A DNA stretch of 32,000 nt from Candidatus Saccharimonadota bacterium (GTDB lineage: Bacteria; Patescibacteriota; Microgenomatia; UBA1406; GWC2-37-13): positions 990,001 to 1,022,000 of the forward strand of contig CP065004.1 in assembly GCA_016700135.1 (NCBI GenBank). Reading direction: 5' to 3'. The translations under genes and the position numbers were made by a program. Below, piece after piece: positions 1-7,416 of this stretch (position 1 is its first letter; every line of letters starts with the position of its first letter). The notes under the pieces are model-generated. The model saw nothing but the letters and a program-made list of their open reading frames with translations, had not been told where the DNA came from and searched no databases.

Positions 1-472
1 TATCATAAGCCGGTACTCCACGATGATATTCCTGTCTGTATACTTTCCCTTCGCGTTTGACTTCAGCAATGAGATGCTCTGAAAGTGCATTTACTACCGA
101 TGCTCCTACCCCGTGAAGTCCTCCTGACACCTTGTATGCACCCTGACCGAATTTACCGCCGGCATGAAGCATTGTCATGACCAATTCAAGAGCGGATTTG
201 TTGTATTTTGCGACTTTTTCTACAGGAATTCCCCGTCCGTCATCAAAAACGGTAAGATATCCGTTTTCTTCGACAACAACATGAATATTGTTAGCGTATC
301 CTGCAAGAGCCTCATCAATACCGTTATCAACGATTTCATTCAGTGAGTGATTTACACCTGCCTGACTTGTCGTACCGATGTACATTCCAGGGCGTTTCCG
401 TACCGGATCAAGACCTTCAAGAACTGTAATGGATTCCGCACCGTAGTTTTGTTTTGTATCGTTTTTGGGCAT
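1..472 (-). CDS. gyrB: DNA gyrase subunit B (GyrB/ParE family), N-terminal part; gene runs off the window
   Basis: Hand translation of the minus strand from ATG at 472..470 gives [59 protein letters not shown]. This carries the [16 protein letters not shown] and EIVDNxIDEA signatures of type IIA topoisomerase B subunits. It is absent from the ORF track because it is open at the window edge. Confidence 0.85.
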   Translation of the reverse strand, partial: MPKNDTKQNYGAESITVLEGLDPVRKRPGMYIGTTSQAGVNHSLNEIVDNGIDEALAGYANNIHVVVEENGYLTVFDDGRGIPVEKVAKYNKSALELVMTMLHAGGKFGQGAYKVSGGLHGVGASVVNALSEHLIAEVKREGKVYRQEYHRGVPAYD

Positions 473-507
473 ATGTATATGTATTTGATTTATGAAGTTA
501 AAAAAAG

Positions 508-544
508 ATTATAACATAATACCGCGTGGAATTGTAGCAGTCAA
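508..544 (-). promoter_or_regulatory. Putative sigma70-type promoter of gyrB
   Basis: The minus strand reads TTGACT (544..539), a 17-nt spacer, then TATTAT (521..516). Immediately after comes TGTTATAAT (516..508), an extended -10. Both lie about 35-45 nt upstream of the gyrB ATG. Confidence 0.4.
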
Positions 545-560
545 GGCTACAATTTCCCAT

Positions 561-592
561 AAAAAAACCGTCCGTTTTTGTGAAACGGACGG
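561..592 (-). terminator. Intrinsic terminator downstream of rplL
   Basis: A perfect 10-bp stem, CCGTCCGTTT (568-577) with AAACGGACGG (583-592), has a 5-nt loop. On the minus strand it is followed by a T7 run (567..561). Confidence 0.7.
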
Positions 593-724
593 CTGGTCTT
601 GTCATGCTGAATCTGTCACCAAGAAGGTGAGTTTCAACATTCTTTATTTGTCAGTTCCTGATACCTTATTGATCACTTCGTGACAAGTTCAGGATGACAA
701 GAGGAATAGTTACTATCCCTCTTG

Positions 725-1138
725 TCATTTAAGTTCAACAGTTGCGCCTGCGGCTTCAAGTTTTGCTTTTGCTGCTTCGGCTTCTTCCTTTTTGACATCT
801 GTCAAAAGTTCTGCTGGTGCTGATTCGACCATTTTCTTTGCATCCATAAGTCCGAGATCCTGTTTGATTTCGCGAACTGCTTTAATGACTGCAAGTTTCT
901 GATCTCCTGCTGCTGTTATGACAACGTTGAATGTTGTTTTCTCTTCTGCAGGTGCTGCTTCAGCTGCTCCGGCTGCTGCAGGTGCTGCTGCCATCATAGG
1001 CATAGCTGAGACACCGAATTTTTCTTCAAGATATTTTGCAAGGTCTGCCATTTCGACGACTGTAAGTCCTTCGATACTGTCTGCAATCTTCTGAAGTTTG
1101 TCATTCAATGTTACTTCGTTTTTTGTTTCTTCTGCCAT
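725..1138 (-). CDS. rplL: 50S ribosomal protein L7/L12
   Basis: 137 aa with an N-terminal dimerisation helix, an Ala/Pro-rich hinge ([18 protein letters not shown]) and a C-terminal domain ([11 protein letters not shown]...[10 protein letters not shown]...[14 protein letters not shown]). AGGAGGTG lies upstream. Confidence 0.97.
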   Translation of the reverse strand: MAEETKNEVTLNDKLQKIADSIEGLTVVEMADLAKYLEEKFGVSAMPMMAAAPAAAGAAEAAPAEEKTTFNVVITAAGDQKLAVIKAVREIKQDLGLMDAKKMVESAPAELLTDVKKEEAEAAKAKLEAAGATVELK

Positions 1139-1189
1139 GTATTTCTTGCACCTCCTCTCAATGATATGAGTAAATAGTAAAAAATGCTG

Positions 1190-1729
1190 TTAGCCTTGTT
1201 TTGCTTTTGCGTTCAAAATATATACAAATTTCTGCATCGGATTCTTGATGGCACGGGTTGTGCGGACCATCGGGTTTTTCATAGCTCCGAGAAGCTTGGC
1301 AACAAGTTCATCCTTTCCGGGAAGCTGTGCCAGTTTCTTCAGACCCTCTGCATCATATGCATTGTTTTCAATAAGTCCGAACTTGAATGAAAATGATTCA
1401 TTCTCTTTTGAAGCGGTAAAATATGATTTAAGAGCGTCAGCCCAATCACCTTTAAACATAATGACGGCACTTGTAGCTTTCAGGGGAAAGTGCTTATCAC
1501 GGACTTCACGATATTCTTTACTTTCTTCGGAAAGCTTATTAACTGCTTTTTCGAATAAAGTGTTCTTCACTACCTGCAGTTTTGCGTCTTTCTTTTTCAG
1601 ATCCTTGCGAAGAGTTTCAAGATCTTTATGAGTAGTTTTTTCAAACTGGATAAGCGCAAAGTTATTTGCATTCTTGAGGACTTCGATCACAGAAGTAACG
1701 ATCCCTTTTTTCTGAGTGTTTACCATATG
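1190..1729 (-). CDS. rplJ: 50S ribosomal protein L10
   Basis: Sits directly upstream of rplL in the conserved rplJ-rplL order. Start chosen at the internal MVNTQKKG, because the 18 further N-terminal codons of the track ORF run into a structured leader. Confidence 0.85.
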   Translation of the reverse strand, partial: HMVNTQKKGIVTSVIEVLKNANNFALIQFEKTTHKDLETLRKDLKKKDAKLQVVKNTLFEKAVNKLSEESKEYREVRDKHFPLKATSAVIMFKGDWADALKSYFTASKENESFSFKFGLIENNAYDAEGLKKLAQLPGKDELVAKLLGAMKNPMVRTTRAIKNPMQKFVYILNAKAKQG

Positions 1730-1822
1730 TGTATCACTTGTTCCCGATATGTATCGGGACCCTACCTGAGGATTTATGGTCAATTACTTGACGACCGCAG
1801 GTCCTGGTGACTTATAATTAGA
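1730..1822 (-). promoter_or_regulatory. Long 5' leader of rplJ with a stable hairpin (possible L10-leader-type autoregulatory element)
   Basis: About 90 nt separate the predicted promoter from the rplJ ATG. The leader contains a perfect 8-bp palindromic stem, TCCCGATA/TATCGGGA (about 1741-1758). The family assignment was not verified. Confidence 0.25.
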
Positions 1823-1828
1823 GTTCCT

Positions 1829-1857
1829 ATTCTAATAGACTTCTTGTCTATTTGCAA
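1829..1857 (-). promoter_or_regulatory. Putative promoter of rplJ-rplL
   Basis: The minus strand reads TTGCAA (1857..1852), a 17-nt spacer, then TAGAAT (1834..1829). Confidence 0.4.
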
Positions 1858-1865
1858 GTCTATGC

Positions 1866-2165
1866 TTAAGCTTCGCTCAAAAGTTCTTTCAAACTTTTTG
1901 TTGAACGATCCTGAGTTCCTTGTTTTTTCGATTTCTTGGAAGCCATTTTTGCCTGATATTTCTTTGCTTCCTGTTGTTTCTTCAAGAATTTATCTACAGT
2001 ACCTTTTGTATCAAGGAATCGCTGTTCCCCGGTATAGAAAGGATGACACTTGGAGCACACCTCGACCGAGATCGAACTTTTCGTTGATCCGGTAGTAAAA
2101 GTGTTGCCACAAGAACATGAAACTGTAGCTTCTTCAAAATATTTTGGATGGATCTGTGTTTGCAT
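1866..2165 (-). CDS. rpmE: 50S ribosomal protein L31 (Zn-ribbon type A) with a Lys-rich C-terminal extension
   Basis: The product begins [23 protein letters not shown]...[10 protein letters not shown], the L31 signature with both Cys pairs. About 30 extra basic residues follow the conserved core. Confidence 0.93.
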   Translation of the reverse strand: MQTQIHPKYFEEATVSCSCGNTFTTGSTKSSISVEVCSKCHPFYTGEQRFLDTKGTVDKFLKKQQEAKKYQAKMASKKSKKQGTQDRSTKSLKELLSEA

Positions 2166-2174
2166 AGAAATTTT

Positions 2175-2202
2175 ATTATACCATGTAATCCGAATTTCTC
2201 AA
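2175..2202 (-). promoter_or_regulatory. Putative promoter of rpmE
   Basis: The minus strand reads TTGAGA (2202..2197), a 16-nt spacer, then TGGTATAAT (extended -10, TATAAT at 2180..2175). The ATG follows 9 nt after the -10. Confidence 0.5.
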
Positions 2203-2235
2203 GATCATGTATGAGTTCCATACATATGGCACTCT

Positions 2236-2730
2236 TTAGGTAAAATAGATAATAGGTAATCCATAGGTGAAATATTGTTCAGGCTTTTTGTGAACTCGCT
2301 TTGTATTGTACCAGACGAGGTATTCAATAAGGTGACGATTGAATGATCCGATACCGGTCCACTTGGTATAGATGTAGGGGTTCATAAATTCTTCCTGGAG
2401 TGTTCTGTTTGCTCGCTCAATAAAGGCATTGATCTTGGGACATCTGGGGTAGATAAAGAGGTGTGGGATATTGTTTTCTTCCAGATAGTCATGGAAGTTT
2501 CCCAGATACTCGAGGCCGTTATCTGTTTGTATGGTTTTTATACCATCTTGTATTGGGTATACTAGTTCCAGTCTTCTCATAAAATCAGCACCGTTTCGGC
2601 TGTTGAGTTTTGAGTATCCGTAGGAGAACTGGAATTTGAGTTTGATGTCCACTGCATTGAAGACATACAGCTTGATTCCGTGTACAAACTTCGTGATGGT
2701 ATCAATCTCAATGTATCCGGTATCTTCCAC
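2236..2730 (-). CDS. IS transposase, integrase-core (DDE, rve) fragment; likely pseudogenised by a 1-nt frame change
   Basis: The DDE triad context is present: YIEIDT, QTDNGLEY and PKINAFIERANRTLQEEF, followed by WYNTKRVH as in IS481-type transposases. The frame is +1 relative to the upstream fragment, and no slippery heptamer is present at the junction. Confidence 0.7.
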   Translation of the reverse strand: MEDTGYIEIDTITKFVHGIKLYVFNAVDIKLKFQFSYGYSKLNSRNGADFMRRLELVYPIQDGIKTIQTDNGLEYLGNFHDYLEENNIPHLFIYPRCPKINAFIERANRTLQEEFMNPYIYTKWTGIGSFNRHLIEYLVWYNTKRVHKKPEQYFTYGLPIIYFT

Positions 2731-3310
2731 CTTGGGGAGACCGCTTGACCTTCTGTCGGTACTTTACTTTCCGTTTTGCAAAGCCACTTGCTGGATTGTG
2801 ATAGATCCGGTAGGTCTTGCGCTGCAGGTTGTGTCTTTTGATCACTTTTCCAATGGTTGACTCAGATATAGTTGAAATTCCTTCCTGTAGGCAATACTCA
2901 TCAAGTAAGGGCTTGATCTTCTCCTTTCCCAAACAAAAGTATTGTTCTCGAATCTCTTTGATAAAGGATATGACCTTCGGGTGAGTCTCCATACGTCGGG
3001 GTGTCTTTGGCTTGGTTGTCTCTGGTATCAGGCTATCCAACTGCCCTTCTGAATCTCGCCGTCTCTTCCTCCATCGAAACAATGTCCTTCGTGATATCCC
3101 ATATGCATCAACTGCAGCTTGTATCCCGTACTTCTCTGCAAATGTCAGAACATCGTTTCTGATTTGTGCTACATCTGACTGATTGTAGTCTGATAGAGAT
3201 CGTATCTTTTTCATAAGATCTCTATTGTACTGCCAGTCATAACTCCTAATTACTCGAAGCTGATCTCCTCCCCATTTACTCATAGATGTTAGTTCCCCTA
3301 TGAGTGCCAT
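2708..3310 (-). CDS. IS transposase, N-terminal HTH/DNA-binding fragment
   Basis: 200 aa with an HTH-like segment (GISRRTLFRWRKRRRDSEG). It stops 23 nt after the start of the overlapping DDE frame. Confidence 0.7.
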   Translation of the reverse strand: MALIGELTSMSKWGGDQLRVIRSYDWQYNRDLMKKIRSLSDYNQSDVAQIRNDVLTFAEKYGIQAAVDAYGISRRTLFRWRKRRRDSEGQLDSLIPETTKPKTPRRMETHPKVISFIKEIREQYFCLGKEKIKPLLDEYCLQEGISTISESTIGKVIKRHNLQRKTYRIYHNPASGFAKRKVKYRQKVKRSPQGGRYRIH

Positions 3311-3331
3311 ATCTTTCGTAACTTATTCAGA

Positions 3332-4093
3332 TCATATGACGTCCCTACGATGACTTGTTGCTGAAAGTGCATTGAAATGCGTTTCGAACCGGTGAGGGTT
3401 TGTTTCTACCCAATCCGGAAACTCGGTCATGGCATCATTATGAGGTTTATAAAGGTAGATTCTGTTCGTTTCAGTATATTGATCCAGGTCGGGAGCACGA
3501 TCTACCAGAATCGTAGCAATTCCCGCCTCTTGTAATACTTCATTGATTACCGCATTATCAAAGCGCGGAAATTGCCGTGATGAGTGTACAATTCCTATCC
3601 CACCCGGCTGAAGCGAGCGATATGCTTCTGAAAACCATCGGATCGGATCATCGGACCACTCCGCTACCCTACTTGCGAGAAAAAGCGATACGGATTCTGT
3701 TCCAATCCCGTCTTCCATAAAGAAACCATTTCTGTATTCAAACGGTATCGTCGGAAATCTCGTTTGCATGAACTCTTCAGTCAGTCTGAAATCAGGAGGA
3801 GTGACAACATTCGTTCCTAAATACAACTGAGGCAGCCGACTATACTGGGCATAGAGGTTAAAAAGAGGAATTGCTTCAGCCCCTGTCCCGATTCCGACAT
3901 TCAAAACGGTATATGGAGAGGCTTTTGCATAAAGTCTATGCGAAAGTATATCCGGAGCGTAGGAACCAAAGTCGTTCCTTTCGTTCATATATAAAGCATC
4001 CCGTAAATGGTATGACCCGTTTATTTTCGTACAAGCTTGGTATAGACTGGATTCCCAGAGGGCAAACGGATTTTCTGCTGTTGAATGAGGCAT
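3332..4093 (-). CDS. Class I SAM-dependent methyltransferase-like protein
   Basis: 253 aa with a motif I-like VLNVGIGTGAEA and a post-motif LQPGGIGIV. There is no closer family recognition. Confidence 0.5.
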   Translation of the reverse strand: MPHSTAENPFALWESSLYQACTKINGSYHLRDALYMNERNDFGSYAPDILSHRLYAKASPYTVLNVGIGTGAEAIPLFNLYAQYSRLPQLYLGTNVVTPPDFRLTEEFMQTRFPTIPFEYRNGFFMEDGIGTESVSLFLASRVAEWSDDPIRWFSEAYRSLQPGGIGIVHSSRQFPRFDNAVINEVLQEAGIATILVDRAPDLDQYTETNRIYLYKPHNDAMTEFPDWVETNPHRFETHFNALSATSHRRDVI

Positions 4094-4171
4094 TGGATAT
4101 TATATCCGATATCAAAAAGAAATCAATTTTACAGCTTGCTATCAAGCTATAATAAATTATTCAGATGAGGT

Positions 4172-4867
4172 CTAGTTGAAAGCTGCAAAAACCTTTTCCC
4201 ACTTTCCCTGATCGATGATATCTTCAAGGTTGTGAAAGCTCTTGTTGATTCGGTGATCAGTGAGACGGCTTTGAGGAAAATTGTAGGTACGGATTTTTTC
4301 TGCTCGTTCTCCGTTTCCGATATCTTTAACGTATGAAAACATCATTCCTTTTTTCTTTTCCTCTTCTAGCTGATAGAGTTTACCTGCAAGCAACTCGAGA
4401 GCAATCTGCCTGTTTGCCTGCTGTGTCCGTTCCTGACTTGAGGTGACGACCACACCGGTCGGCTTATGTGTCAGTCTCACGGCCGATGCAACTTTATTGA
4501 CGTTCTGGCCTCCGTGACCTCCCGCACGGTAAAACTGCCAATCCAGATCTCCCTGGTTGATCTGTACCTCATTTTGCGAAATTTGCGGCGTGACAATGAT
4601 AACGGCTGTTGAAGTATGGATACGGCCGCGCTTTTCCGTTGTCGGAATACGCTGTACTCTATGAACTCCCGTTTCATTCTTAAAATTGTTAAATGCATTC
4701 GGTCCCTTGATCCGGATAATATTTTCTTCGATAAACTGGGATTTCATGCCGTGTTTTTCGGCAAATTTCATATAGGAGACCAGAAGTTCCCGACCCCATA
4801 TTTTTGATTCATCTCCTCCAGCGCCCTGTGCGGCTTCAATAATGACAATGTTTGAGTTGATGTTCAT
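4172..4867 (-). CDS. prfA: Class I peptide chain release factor, RF1-like, lacking the N-terminal domain 1
   Basis: 231 aa with the GGQ motif (RAGGHGGQNVNK), the RF1-like recognition context HRVQRIPTTEKRGRIHTS and the C-terminal RTYNFPQSRLTDHRI. The start codon lies 3 nt after the hisS stop, leaving no room for the usual ~100-aa domain 1. Confidence 0.8.
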   Translation of the reverse strand: MNINSNIVIIEAAQGAGGDESKIWGRELLVSYMKFAEKHGMKSQFIEENIIRIKGPNAFNNFKNETGVHRVQRIPTTEKRGRIHTSTAVIIVTPQISQNEVQINQGDLDWQFYRAGGHGGQNVNKVASAVRLTHKPTGVVVTSSQERTQQANRQIALELLAGKLYQLEEEKKKGMMFSYVKDIGNGERAEKIRTYNFPQSRLTDHRINKSFHNLEDIIDQGKWEKVFAAFN

Positions 4868-4870
4868 CGG

Positions 4871-6121
4871 TTATTTGCAAATTTCTATGGCTTCTTGAAT
4901 ATCGGTTCTTTTTTCTTCGCCAGACTTCATGTTTTTAACGGTGAGTTTATTCTCTTTTGCTTCGTCAGGTCCGACAATTATAACAAACGGTATTTTCTTT
5001 AGGTCTGCATACTTAAGCTGTTTTCCGATTTTATCTGCAGTTGTCGGAATGATTTCTGTGTTGATGTTCTGTTCTCTGAATTTTTTTGCAATTTCGAGCG
5101 CAACAGGAGCAAGCTTTTCATCGAAAACGGTTACTAAAACCTGAGTTCCGTTTTCCATATCCGGGATCAATTGGAGCTTTTCAAGAACCTCTACCGTCCG
5201 GTCAAATCCGACTGCAAATCCGACTGCAGGCACCTGTGGCCCGCCGAGATCTGAAATAAGATTGTCATATCTTCCTCCCCCACCGACAGACCCGCTTCCG
5301 TATTCGGGAATAATCCCCTCAAAAATAAGACCGGTGTAATAGTCCAATCCTCTTGCAAGATATGGTTGAAATTCAAAAACGGCTTTCGGAACTCCGAGCT
5401 TTTCTGCCTGGTCCAGGATCACCTGCAGATTGATCGGCACTTTTGTCTCGTTCAGTTTTTTCAGTAAAAGCTGTGCATTTTCCTTCGGCAATCCTTTTTT
5501 CATCAGTTCTTCGACGACTCCCTCTTCCTGAATTTTGTCCAGTTTATCGATTGTTTGAATAATTGAAAGTGTTGAAAGCTCAGATGATTCAAACGGCTTT
5601 ATGGTTTCAAAGAGTGTCTGTCTGTCATTTACACGGATAATGAAGCTGTCAAAACCAAGTTCCTTATAAACCTGATAAAAAACGGCAAGTATTTCAGCAT
5701 CGGCTACAGAGGAAGTTGATCCGAAAATATCGCAGTCACATTGGGTAAATTCACGGAATCTTCCTGCCTGAGTATTCTCAGCGCGAAAAACATTCTGGAT
5801 CTGGTATCTGCGAAAGTATTTCGGAAGAGTGCCGCTATACTGGGAAAGAAATCGTGCCGTAGGGACAGTCTGATCATAGCGAAGACCCACCATACGTCCG
5901 CCTTTATCTTCAAAGGTGTACATAAGTTTGTCCGCTTCTTCCCCGTACTTTCCCTGGAGAACGGCAGCGTATTCCAATGTTGGTGTTTCTATCGGATCAA
6001 ATCCGAAGCGCTCAAAAACCTGTTTGATTCTGCCGATGACGTAATCACGGTTACGTTTTTCTAAGGGCAAAAAGTCACGGAATCCTTTGAGTGTTTGGAG
6101 TTTGATTTGTTGGTTTGCCAT
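4871..6121 (-). CDS. hisS: Histidine--tRNA ligase
   Basis: Class II aaRS HisRS motifs are present (KGFRDFLP, MYTFEDKGGR..LRYDQTVP, GGGGRYDNL), followed by an anticodon-binding domain. ATG at 6121 is preferred over the GTG at 6136 because TATAAT lies 6 nt upstream of it. Confidence 0.93.
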   Translation of the reverse strand: MANQQIKLQTLKGFRDFLPLEKRNRDYVIGRIKQVFERFGFDPIETPTLEYAAVLQGKYGEEADKLMYTFEDKGGRMVGLRYDQTVPTARFLSQYSGTLPKYFRRYQIQNVFRAENTQAGRFREFTQCDCDIFGSTSSVADAEILAVFYQVYKELGFDSFIIRVNDRQTLFETIKPFESSELSTLSIIQTIDKLDKIQEEGVVEELMKKGLPKENAQLLLKKLNETKVPINLQVILDQAEKLGVPKAVFEFQPYLARGLDYYTGLIFEGIIPEYGSGSVGGGGRYDNLISDLGGPQVPAVGFAVGFDRTVEVLEKLQLIPDMENGTQVLVTVFDEKLAPVALEIAKKFREQNINTEIIPTTADKIGKQLKYADLKKIPFVIIVGPDEAKENKLTVKNMKSGEEKRTDIQEAIEICK

Positions 6122-6201
6122 GAAGTAATTATACACTGGAGGAGGCGTTTCCAGAAATGAAACGTCAAATTGAAGAATGCGGTATTGAAATACGTGAACG
6201 G

Positions 6202-7392
6202 CTATTCTTCGTAGGCTTCCACGGTAAGAGAAACTTCACGTGTCTCCCCGTCTCTCCACACGGTAAGCGTGATTGAATCACCGACCCTTTTTCGGAGAAT
6301 AACCCTAGCAAGGCTGTCTTCCTGACTTCCGTCAATGTTTGTGCCGTCTATCCGGGTAATGATATCATCAGCTTCTATACCGGCAACATCGGCAGGCGAT
6401 CCCTGTACGACACTGTCAACATAAGCGCCTTCAACAATATCATTCTGGATAGCGGTTTTCTCATCTACCATTGAGTATCGTACACCGATATACGGTCTTT
6501 GGAACGATCCTCCCTGAGCTTCAAACGTATCAAGAAGATCTTTTACTACATTGACCGGAATCGCAAATCCGATATTCTGTCCCTGACTGGACACGGCTGT
6601 ATTCACTCCGATTACCTGTGCTGAAGAATTGAGAAGCGGTCCTCCTGAATTTCCCGGGCTGATTGCCGCATCAGTCTGTATGACACTATCCAGTCTCTCG
6701 ACGAAGCCTTCATACGGTGAGCCGGCGGTGATGCCTCGGCCGAGACCCGACACGACACCCGTCGTGATAGTATTCTGGAATTCTCCCAGAGGTGTCCCGA
6801 TTGCGATTGCCAGCTGTCCCAGCTTCAGTTCTGAAGAGTCACCCAGTTGAAGCGGTGTGAGGTTGTCGGCATCAATCTTGAGAATAGCCAGATCATTCAG
6901 CGGATCTCGATAGATATTGGTTACTTCATATTCTTTTTGATCATTTGTTACAACCTTGTAAGTCGCATCAGTTTCCAGGACGACATGCTTATTTGTGATA
7001 ATGATTCCGTCCTCGGTCACGATAAAGCCGCTCCCGATATTCTGTTCAATGGTTTCTTCTTCACCGGGAGTTTCCCGGAACGGAGTAAAGGGATCAAACG
7101 GATCGATCTGAATCCGGCTTTGTCCTTGACGTGTGACCTTAATGCCGATTGTGACCACGGAAGGAAGTGCTTTGTCTACAACATCAATGATTATCGATTC
7201 TTCACTGACAATTTTTACTTCCTGTTCTGATTTTTTATCGTTGTTGAGGGACGGAGCATTTTTGAAAAGTGACGAGAAGAAAGAAGTCTCCTGCACCGGT
7301 TCGTAATGTTGTAGTGCAGAAACTCCCAGAATAACTACTGACAGAAAAATGATAAGTCCCTTGACGGATATATTACGTTTCACTTTTTCCAT
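6202..7392 (-). CDS. htrA: HtrA/DegP-family serine protease with one PDZ domain and an N-terminal TM anchor
   Basis: Trypsin-fold catalytic context is present: TNKHV, DLAILKI and GNSGGPLLN. A C-terminal PDZ-like segment follows. Confidence 0.9.
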   Translation of the reverse strand: MEKVKRNISVKGLIIFLSVVILGVSALQHYEPVQETSFFSSLFKNAPSLNNDKKSEQEVKIVSEESIIIDVVDKALPSVVTIGIKVTRQGQSRIQIDPFDPFTPFRETPGEEETIEQNIGSGFIVTEDGIIITNKHVVLETDATYKVVTNDQKEYEVTNIYRDPLNDLAILKIDADNLTPLQLGDSSELKLGQLAIAIGTPLGEFQNTITTGVVSGLGRGITAGSPYEGFVERLDSVIQTDAAISPGNSGGPLLNSSAQVIGVNTAVSSQGQNIGFAIPVNVVKDLLDTFEAQGGSFQRPYIGVRYSMVDEKTAIQNDIVEGAYVDSVVQGSPADVAGIEADDIITRIDGTNIDGSQEDSLARVILRKRVGDSITLTVWRDGETREVSLTVEAYEE

Positions 7393-7416
7393 AAAAGTTA
7401 TAGCTACGGTAAACTA

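Larger units (their letters stand above)
2222..3314 (-). mobile_element. IS481-family-like insertion sequence (~1.1 kb) with imperfect terminal inverted repeats and a split transposase
   Basis: ATATGGCACTC at 2224-2234 matches its reverse complement GAGTGCCATAT at 3302-3312, and similarity continues inward (TTTAGG versus ATAGGG). These repeats bracket an HTH plus DDE (rve) transposase reading frame. Confidence 0.7.

Noticed and set aside
492-683. 63-aa plus-strand ORF in the gyrB-rplL spacer
   Set aside because: It spans the predicted gyrB promoter, the rplL terminator hairpin and the heptamer-rich 3' region. It has no protein-like motifs. It is best explained as a chance ORF in regulatory DNA.
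725-727. Alternative genetic code with UGA recoded, as in Gracilibacteria/Absconditabacteria
   Set aside because: TGA terminates rplL exactly at the conserved C-terminus (..ATVELK). It also closes the leader ORF and orfA of the IS. No conserved gene needs in-frame TGA read-through, so the standard bacterial code fits.
4172-4867. Calling the short release factor PrfH or ArfB outright
   Set aside because: It retains an RF1-like PxT-type recognition loop and full domains 2-4, unlike ArfB. It is also coupled to hisS rather than to an rtcB-type partner in this window. The assignment is kept as RF1-like, with the missing domain flagged as a finding.
6140-6165. Hairpin GGCGTTTC/GAAACGTC between htrA and hisS as a terminator
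   Set aside because: The stem is imperfect (7 of 8) and no T-tract follows on the transcribed (minus) strand. It lies right at the proposed hisS promoter. It was not called.
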